Shown in pieces: positions 55,215 through 64,000 of a DNA stretch of 64,000 nucleotides. Origin of the DNA: the human T2T-CHM13v2.0 reference genome, Homo sapiens; the NCBI RefSeq assembly GCF_009914755.1, contig NC_060932.1, one strand, 5' to 3'. Position numbers and translations under genes: made by a program. Within the stretch, counting starts at the first letter, position 1. The number at the start of each line of letters is the position of its first letter. The notes under the pieces are model-generated. The model was given only the letters and a program-made list of their open reading frames with translations. It was not told where the DNA came from and ran no database searches.

Positions 55215-57321
55215 TACCGGGTAGAAGTTCCCTCCGTAGGTCTTGACATCAACACACATGCACATGCCATATTTTGTCAATTATAGTGCTATGCTCTATG
55301 ACCAGCTAATATTAGAGGACATTATAAATTTATATATGTGTTTTATATATATCTTTATTTTGGGTGAAGTAATGACATTCTTCTCTAAACAATATTTCTT
55401 TGGGGGATAATTGCTTTTAAATTATCCCCAAATAGCATTATTTTAAAATGGTATTGTATCTGTTTATGCCTTATAGTGATAATAATTTTCGTTTTTTAAA
55501 AAAACATTTTAAACATGTTTGATAACTTGTGGAAATTAATGTCAAGAACTGGATATTATTATATGGTAATATTTGGTTGCTTTATGTTTTAATTTTTTGT
55601 ATGAAAAATAGGAGTTGATTTGGTTCTTAGATCTATTTAATAAGTAAATAATATAGATTATGTTAGCTTTATGAGAGCAATAATTGTGTTATTCTGTCCT
55701 TGTGTTAATATTACTTAGTACATGCTTGGTACGTGGTTTTTCTATGTGCTGAATTCATTTTTGTCAATAGTTAATTTTTATAAGATTTTGCTTTGTCATC
55801 TAAGAAGTAGATAAGCAAATACACTTTTAAGCAAGTATAATATGTGGTGCTTTTTAATATTTTGTATTGATGAATTTTAAAATCATTGCTTAGTATTTAA
55901 AGGAATACGTTAAAACTATAAGCAAGCTTAATAGATTAGTTAGCGTGTGATGTTACTGAGACCATCATTTTGAAGACTGTCTTATCTAAATGAACCTAAT
56001 GGTTTCCATTTAGTAACTCTGGATTGTTAGTGGACTTAAGTGATCCAGATAAATGAGATTGCCCTCCCTAAATAACTTAGCTCCTGGTGTTGGAGAAGGA
56101 CAAGTCAGGCAAATCTTAGCTTTGCTTTTGTAGTGTTGACTGCTTAACTGCCACTACACAACATTGCCTCCATCTGAGATGAAAAGTAATCACTATCCAC
56201 CAGTCAAGTAGGGCAGTGGAGTAAGAAATGAGAAAACAAAACAGTTCTTCTGTTACTGTATTTGAATGCATTCTTACCAATATCTATTTTGGTTTGCCTG
56301 TTTAGTTCTCTGTGAACTCACTAAATGTCTTGGATCAGGTTATATGGAGTTATATAATTGTACTTTTTAAAATTAGTTTGTTACTTCTAAAGAAAAATGT
56401 TTTTCTATTTGTCTTTCATATGATAAAAGAATTTTAGCATCTCTAAAATATTCAGCAGAAACTATGGGGAACATGTTACATGTTTAAGTATCATTTTTAG
56501 GAAATTATAGCTATGAAAACAAGTTTATGTTTGATATTTGGAAATAAAATAAAATGACAAAATGAATTATGCAGAATCACAAAGAATGCAGTTTCTTTTT
56601 TTGTAGTTTCTTTTTTTTTCTTTTTAGTAATAACATTTGTTGTATTCAGTTACATGATAGTTATATTAATTTTATTAATAATTGAGTGAAAGTTGTAGCT
56701 ACCTCTTTATTTAATTTTGTTTGTAAGGTCAGAATATCTCCATTTACTAGTCCACTGACTCTTAATATAAGTATTATATGTATAAAATAATAATTCACAT
56801 AATACATGTAATTTGCATAACTAGGTGATCTTAATCTTATAGCATTGTACTTTCTATTGTTTGGTGGTAAACAGAGTAAGATTCATTTTATTCTAGATTC
56901 TTCAAATCATCTCAGGAAGTCACTGAACTCATCACTAATGGTATTTCTTCATGCCTTGGAAATTAATAAGATAAATTTTGTTCTTAAAATGTAGTAATTT
57001 ACCATAGAGATAGCCTATAAGTTAAGAGAATATGACAAATTGATTTGCTTAAAATAATTACAAGAAAACTAGATATTTCCAGCAGTATCAGTTTGGATAT
57101 CTTTAAATCATGACTCCTCCATATTTATCCTGACCTTTTTCACCACTGATAACTAAGTATTATGCTCCTTTTCATAGATAATTTTGCTTATTTCAAAATG
57201 CAGTAAAACATTTTTCACAAAAACTGATAATTTACCTATAAAACTAAGAGAAAACATTAAAATGTGAAGTTTCACAATTTCAAGTTATATAAATTATTTA
57301 TTAAATTCCTTCCTGTTTTAG

Positions 57322-57398
57322 AGAATGGAGGTGTTGTCCAAGTTGGAGAATTGTTACCTTGCAAGATTTGTGGAAGAACATTCTTTCCAGTAGCATTA
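57322..57398 (+). CDS. ZC2HC1A: ZC2HC1A coding exon 2 (77 nt; first half of the C2HC zinc finger)
   Basis: Acceptor ttccttcctgttttAG at 57320-21 and donor TTA|GTGAGT at 57399. Encodes (E)NGGVVQVGELLPCKICGRTFFPVAL; 16+77 nt = 31 codons. Confidence 0.95.
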
Positions 57399-59237
57399 GT
57401 GAGTAGACTGATTTTGTACCTTTATGGTTTTACAGATCTGTAATTGTTCAATAATTCTGGTCAATTCTCATGGGAAGAATTTACGTGGAATAGTTTTTGA
57501 AGAGTTAATGGGTACTATTCTTTGTTCAAGGGTCTTGATTTCAGCTATGCCATTCTTCCAGAATGCTTTCTTTCCTTCAGAGTTTGGTCTTCAGAACTCT
57601 TCTGTTAAAGTTTAAAGGTATTCCTCATTTTACGAGACTCTTACCAAAAACAAACAAAATAAAAAAAAAAAAAACAAAATCAGATACCTTAGAAATAAGT
57701 AATTATTTACAGATACAAAATAATATAATGTCTGTAATTTGCTTTATAGTACTTCAGGAAAAAATCAGGGATAGATGAAACAAAATAGCTAAAATGTTGG
57801 GAGTTGTTGAAGCTGGGTGATGAGTAGTAAATGGTAGTTAATTATCCTTTTCTGTCAGCTCTTATTTATGTTTGAGATGTTTCAAAGACAAAGACTTTTT
57901 CAATGTAAAAGTACACCTAAAATTTATTATGCATTCTTAAGATATGTTAGCTACTTAGTAAGTACAAATAAAAACGCTTTTAACTAATCTTAATAAAGTT
58001 AGCTAACTAAATAGGGAATAATAAAAATTATGCCTATGTACCTTACGTATTTTAACTTCAAACACAAATACACATTTATTAATACTTTAATGTAAGACAG
58101 AATTTTTCTGTGAATGTATATCTGCTGATTAAAGTTCTGCCATGATCCACTGTGCATCCTCTTACTATTTCTAGTTTGTTTCTTTAAAGCAAAGTGAGGA
58201 ATTAATGATCCAAAGTGTCCTTCTGACTGTAGGCACCTTTTAAATAATGATGGCTTTTTTGTAATCTTTTAAAAACATCTTGCCCACACATTCAATGATT
58301 TTTTTCTTATCAATTTATTATTTTTCAGAGTGTTCAGCTGAATTTCACAGCAAAAAAAAAGTGCCTTTTTTGGCTCTCATTTATGTGGTATTTAACTTAA
58401 TGATGTTATTATAACACCTGAAACTTGAATTATGTTGGGAAACAAGCACCACATACACTTGACATATATAACTTAATAAGGAACATATGTACATGGGTCC
58501 ACTAGATAGTCATCTGCTATCCTCATTTTTTAAAAATACTTAAGAGCTGTAATTACAGTGCTTGGTTGTTGAAATGAAAACTGAAAATAAGTATGTAAAA
58601 CACTTGATTGCTAATTGTGTACTGAAAGCCTAAGAGGCTGCAAGACACGAAATAATCCAGTTTTGAGGTTTTATTTTTTCCCAAAGTTTGACAGTTCTAC
58701 CTTCTTTAGTGTTTGTCAAAATACAAAAGAAAAAAGAGTATTTAGTTTACCGATGTCATCAATCATCATGCTTAATATAGTGGAGGGAGAATGTTTATCC
58801 AGTTGGCTTATTGGAGGTCATTTAAGACAGCTTCCATTCTAATGTCCCTAAACTGAATAACTGAATAAATGAATGAATGGACAACTCTTTAAAAAAAAAA
58901 ATCTGAATAGTAGTAGAACACTAGATAAGCTCAAGAAAAATCTTAGGCGAAGAAAACTGCAAAGTTTGAGTTCCAGAAGGGAGGAAAAGAATTAGTATGG
59001 GAGAAGGACACAAATCAGACCACCTGTCCTATTATTTTGTGTTAACTTTATATTAGCATATTACTATTATGTTAACTTTAGTAATCCAAACTACTACTCT
59101 TACATTAACTTTTGTAATCCTAAAACTAATGTATTCTTTGTATTTTCTTTTTCTAGTATCTATGTTCAGGCATTTAGTGGAGACTTTTTTTTTTGCAGTG
59201 TAGTAACTTTGACTTTGTTACTTTTTCTTATTCTTAG

Positions 59238-59812
59238 TGTTACAGGGCAGATAAATATTTTACAGAAAAAGGGTCCCAATCCAGACACTAAGAGAGAGTT
59301 TTTGGATTTTGCACAGGAAACAATTTAGGGCGAGTTCGCAGTGCAAAGTAAAAGCAAGTTGATTAAGAAAGTAAAGGAATGAAAGAACGGGTACTCCATA
59401 GACAGAGCAGCCCTGAAGGCTGCTGGTTGCCCACTTTTATGGTTATTTCTTGATGATATGCTAAACAAGGGGTGGATTATTCATGCTTCCTCTTTTTAAA
59501 CCATATAGGGTAACTTCCTGATGTTGCCATGGCATTTGCAAACTGTCATGGCGCTGGTGGGAGTGTAGCAGTGAGAATGACCAGAGGTCACTCTCGTCAC
59601 CATTTTTGTTTTGGTGGGTTTTGCCTGGCTTCTCTAGTGCAACCTGTTTTTATTAGAAAGGTCTTTATGATCTGTATTTTGTGCTGATCTCCTATCTTAT
59701 TCTGTGACTTAGAATGCCTTAACTATCTGGGAATGCAGTCCAGTAGGTTTCAGCCTCATTTTACTCAGCTCCTGTTTAAGATGGAGTTGTTCTCTTTCAC
59801 ACACTTCTGACA
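59238..59812 (-). mobile_element. MER41 (MER41A-like) solo LTR in ZC2HC1A intron 2
   Basis: TGT...ACA termini with 4-bp TSD TTAG (59234-37 and 59813-16). The reverse strand begins TGTCAGAAG...CAACTCCATCTT as in MER41. Confidence 0.88.
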
Positions 59813-60098
59813 TTAGTAATGTACAAACTAGGAGAAGAGTATTAAATAACTTAATGACATGTTAGAAGAGTGTTTATAATTTTTTTTAGTGAGAAAGATA
59901 ACTTAGAGCGTGCATTATATATACGTTTTACAACTTAACATTTGGTTAAGGCAAGGTGTATCTTATTTATTTATTATTTTGTATTCAGGTTTTTCATTTG
60001 GTCTCAGATTTTTAAACTGGTCTCAATGTAAATAAAGTTCTGTAGTCTTACCTTCTGTAGAAAAGAAAATGATAGGCTGCATTTCTTTATCTTAACAG

Positions 60099-60215
60099 AA
60101 AAAACATGGACCCATTTGCCAGAAGACTGCAACTAAAAAACGGAAGACTTTTGATTCAAGCAGACAGAGAGCTGAAGGAACTGATATTCCAACAGTAAAA
60201 CCTCTCAAACCGAGG
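60099..60215 (+). CDS. ZC2HC1A: ZC2HC1A coding exon 3 (117 nt)
   Basis: Acceptor tttctttatcttaacAG and donor AGG|GTAACT. Encodes KKHGPICQKTATKKRKTFDSSRQRAEGTDIPTVKPLKPR, completing the C-x2-C...H-x3-C motif. The gene continues beyond the window. Confidence 0.95.
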
Positions 60216-60817
60216 GTAACTATATAACCTTTTGAACAGTATGAACTTTGGTGTTATGTATGTTGAAAAATATTATATTATCTGTTACAGTAAGGTTAAG
60301 AATAAACACAATTATCTGCTACATTAAGATTAAAGAATAAATACAATTCTGTGTTATATGTTCAGTTTAGAAATTATCTGAAGCTTATAAAACAAATTTT
60401 ATTTTAAAAAATAAGCTTCTAAACTTCAAAGAAGAGACCAAGGTGCTGTTTCAAACTCCATCAATTACAGTGAGATTTTTATAGCATTGGAGAGCCAATT
60501 GCTGTCCCACATTCTTTTCAAGTCATTATTAAAAACTTTTGATATAACTTAAGTTTTGATTCATTTCATCTTCTACCATTATGATAATCTCTACATCCAA
60601 AAAGTTAAGCCATTATTTACAGACATTTTAGCATAATAGATACTGCTTATTTTGACATATTGACTGCCAGGATTTGTAATCTATATTATGTTTCTAAGGA
60701 AAAGTTTTATCTGTTGTTCAGTGTCCAGATATAGTTATTGTCAGCTTATTTTCTTTCTTGAAACCAAAGCAATGAATCTATTGTGATAATCTCTCCTTAA
60801 TATCTGTTATATATTAT

Positions 60818-61112
60818 AGTAATCCCTTGGTATCTGTGGGAGATTGGTTCCAGGGACTCGCCTCTGATATCAATATCTGTGGATACTCAAACTCCTTATG
60901 GCATAGTATTTGCATATAACTTATGCACATCCTCCCATGTGCTTTATGTCTAGATTACTTATAATTTAATGCTGTGTAAATAGTTGTTGAATTGTGTCTT
61001 TAATTTATGTTACTTTTTATTGTTATATGGTTATTTATTTTTTTCCTGAAAGTTTCTGATTCATGGTTGATTGAATCCATGGATGCACAAGCCATGAATA
61101 TGGAACCCATGG
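60818..61112. mobile_element. MER2-like DNA transposon fossil
   Basis: cccttggtatctgtgggagattggttccagg ... ggttgattgaatccatggatgc ... agggccaactgt. Confidence 0.75.
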
Positions 61113-61779
61113 GTAGTAAGGGCCAACTGTGTATTGCTAAGAATAAATTACTTAAGAACTTATTCAGCATAGTTGAAAAGCATCATTTCAGTGAAGTGAT
61201 TTAAGCTAAGTACCTGATTGAATAGGTTTTTTAAACAGAATCCTACTGTTAATGGTAATAACTTCTTCCAGTGGTATAAGAACATTTTTCTAGGGGGAAA
61301 TTAATCTTACTAATAAAAAATCATTTGATGATAGAAAAATTAGATGTTCATTTTTGTTTTTTACTGTGAACATTTAAAGTAAGGATGGTGGGGTTTGAAT
61401 AAGCTGTATAAATCAATATATGACGTTTTTCTTAGTTACCTGCTGCCTATATTAGCTTTAATTTGCTTCGGTAGATAAAATTGCCAAATCTTTGGAAGCA
61501 GTGTAATATAGTGGGTGTTAAAATTGGCTCAAGAGTCAGACTGTCTGAATTTAACTTTCACTTTGCTACATACCGTATTATTCTGGGCAAGTTATTTAAT
61601 GTAATTATGCTTCTGTTCACTGTAACATGGTGATAGTAGTAGTATTTATCTTGTGTGGTTATTGTAGGGATTACATAAGATTATCCATGGTGATTTCAAT
61701 GAATATTAGTCATCCTGTTTCTTTTATAAGGAATTGGGGTTGTAAACTTAAAAATTGAATTCTAGAAAAAAGCAAAGTA

Positions 61780-61844
61780 CAGTCCGCAGTCCGGCCTGGG
61801 CGACAGAGCGAGACTCCGTCTCAAAAAAAAAAAAAAAAAAAAAA
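61780..61844 (+). mobile_element. Severely 5'-truncated AluYb8-lineage insertion
   Basis: CAGTCCGCAGTCCGGCCTGGGCGACAGAGCGAGACTCCGTCTC plus a pure A tail; TSD AAAAAAGCAAAGTA at 61766-79 and 61845-58. Confidence 0.9.
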
Positions 61845-61894
61845 AAAAAAGCAAAGTAAAAACCATTGCTTTGTATTAAGTGGTTTATTGCCTT

Positions 61895-62055
61895 GTTACC
61901 TAAAACTGTGGCCCACAGAGCAGTAATAGTGGCAGTATTTGGAAACTTGTTAGACATACAGAATCTCAGCCTCCTCCCAAACATACTGAATTAGAATTAT
62001 TTTAAGAACATCCTTGGGTGAGTCGTATGCACATTAAAGTTTGAGAAGCAGTGTC
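61895..62055. mobile_element. MER5A-like DNA transposon
   Basis: ggaaacttgttaga...cagaatctcag...tatgcacattaaagtttgagaagca. Confidence 0.75.
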
Positions 62056-63419
62056 TTAGAAGATTTGAATGTTGTAAGTGTAGTTCTTAATATATTTACC
62101 TGTATCAAGAAAATCCTACAAAATCATAAGCAGAGTGGGGCAAAGCAACTACAAACTTCATTTTTGGAAAAACAAAAGGTAGGCATAATTCATAGATTAT
62201 CAAATATATGTAAGGATTGCCCCAAAGCAGTTGAAATCCAGGAGAAATTACCCGTAAGAGGAGGTATAGGAAATTGCTTGGGGGCCTGTGGCTGGATTCT
62301 GGAAATCTGCTACCTTAAAGTTGAGGGGTTTCCTCATCTTAAAAGTGATTCCTTAAAGGTGAGAGATCTTATCAGATAGTATCTTTATCTCTTGTTTAGT
62401 ATAGGCAAGACAGAAACTGGGAGGAGCTGTAGGAATTTGGATAGCTACCAGCTGGAATGAGCAGGGCTGAAATTGTATAAAAGTCAGGAGGGAGAGAATG
62501 GTGGGAGTAGGAACAGAGAGTTGAGGAGGCCTAGTGGCAGAGGCCCTTACAAAACATTAGTGAAAATCCCTTTCCTGAAGATGAGGGGCCTAACATAAAA
62601 GGCTGTGACCTTTTTTTTTTTTGAAGTGGTTCTCATAGGATCTGAGGGAAGCAGGGTGTAATTACACAGAGACGCCTTATTTGCAGGAACTAGTCTGAAT
62701 CTGTTGCAACAGAGAGGAGAGCTGCTAGTTTGTATAGCTACCCTGGGCCTCTCCTCCCTAAAACTTCTTGCAAATAGCTGTACCAGGAAATCTATGCTGA
62801 ATAGTAGAAATGAATAATAGAAGCGATGAATAATAGAAAATATATTAGCTCAGCATTGATAAAAGATACTATGAGAAAAAAGGTAGAAAAGAACAGCAAA
62901 ACATCAGTAGATGAGTAATAATCATAGAGCAGATGAATGTTGTGATCAGATATTTTGCTGTAAAATAAGAAATGTTAAAGAGTCAGTAATCTCAAACATC
63001 TAAATTTGCTGACGTTTAAGATTTTTGCATTTATATTAATCAGAGAAGTAGATAATGTCATTCTTTTTGTCAGAGTTTTGCTGCTCTCGGAACACTGTTT
63101 GGAAAGTTGTTTCGTTGTTTTCTATTCCCTGAAAGAGTTTGTGTAATATTGATGCTAGATTTTTCTTATATGTCTACAAAAATTAAAAATTAAAGGTAGC
63201 TGAGCCAGGAGGTTTCTTTGTGGGAAGGAAAATATTTTCTAAAATAAATGACATTTTGATTTTATATTTGTTCTGGTATCTGTTTTGTTGTGTTTTCCAA
63301 GGACATTGCCCATTTTGTCATAATTATTAAATTTATTGGCATACAATTTCTTTATAATATCTTCTTGTCTTTTTCATATTTGTGTATTATTTTTAATTCC
63401 TTCATAATTTGAGTTCTCT

Positions 63420-63578
63420 TTTTTCCTTTTTCTTTCTTTTTTTTTTTTTTCTTTTTTTTGAGACAGGGATCTTACTATGTTGACCAGGCTGGTGTTGAAC
63501 TCCTGGCCTCAGGTGATTTCTGCCACTTTCACCTCCCAAAGTGTGGGGATTACAGGCATGAGCCGTCATACCTAGCCA
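63420..63578 (-). mobile_element. FLAM/Alu monomer
   Basis: T-rich tail followed by a single antisense left-arm monomer. Confidence 0.8.
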
Positions 63579-63834
63579 TCTTTTAAAGTACCATCTTTTG
63601 ACTTTGTGGATTCAACACATAATTCTTGATTTTAAAAATATAGACATAGTAGGAATAGTTGGGTATCTCAATAATATTACAAAATAAATCTTTGTAGCAT
63701 GTGAGCCAGCATCATGTTTAGTGGAGGACACTAGAGGCAGTTCCCATTAAAATCAAGGAGAAGGTTAAACTGTAACCAATACCATAAGTGCCAGCCAATA
63801 CAGTTAGATAAGAAGAAGAAATTGGATGCATAGA

Positions 63835-64000
63835 TGTATTAGTCCATTTTCCTACTGCTATTAAGAAATATCGGAGACTGGGTAATTTATAAAGAAAAGG
63901 AGGTTTAAGGGACTTAAACTTCCATGTGGCCGAGGAGGCCTCACATCATGGTGGAAGGTGAAGAAGGAACAAAGTCACATCTTACATGGCGGCAGACAAG
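63835..64000 (-). mobile_element. THE1-like MaLR LTR, running off the window
   Basis: tgtattagtccatttt...gagactgggtaatttataaag...catggtggaagg. Confidence 0.85.

Noticed and set aside
55399-55432. Inverted repeat ggggataatt-N7-aattatcccc
   Set aside because: Short, isolated hairpin, too small for a pre-miRNA or MITE call.

Overview
Human-like (primate) genomic DNA, AT-rich and dense in repeats. An AluYb8-type fragment points specifically to human. The only host protein-coding gene I can support is ZC2HC1A (FAM164A/C8orf70) on the + strand. It has a CpG-island promoter at about 47.4-48.0 kb and coding exons 1-3 at 47683, 57322 and 60099, and it continues beyond the window. Upstream are two class II (betaretrovirus-like) endogenous proviruses, both in + orientation. 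The first (25531-32008) is a degraded but nearly complete LTR-gag-dUTPase/pro-pol-env' element inserted into an L1 with a perfect 6-bp TSD. Its primer-binding site matches tRNA-Trp rather than the tRNA-Lys typical of HERV-K, and this is the most notable item in the window. The second (about 33591-36207) is a 5'-truncated HERV-K element with an LTR14C/HML-9-like LTR, in which a deletion fuses gag capsid in frame to env. Three separate non-tandem local duplications occur between 38 and 57 kb, each with the apparently derived copy 1.2-2.9 kb upstream of its donor; one creates a partial duplicate of ZC2HC1A exon 2. The rest is ordinary Alu, L1, L2, MIR, MaLR and DNA-transposon content. Repeat family names and boundaries come from recognition by eye and are approximate unless a TSD or terminus is quoted.
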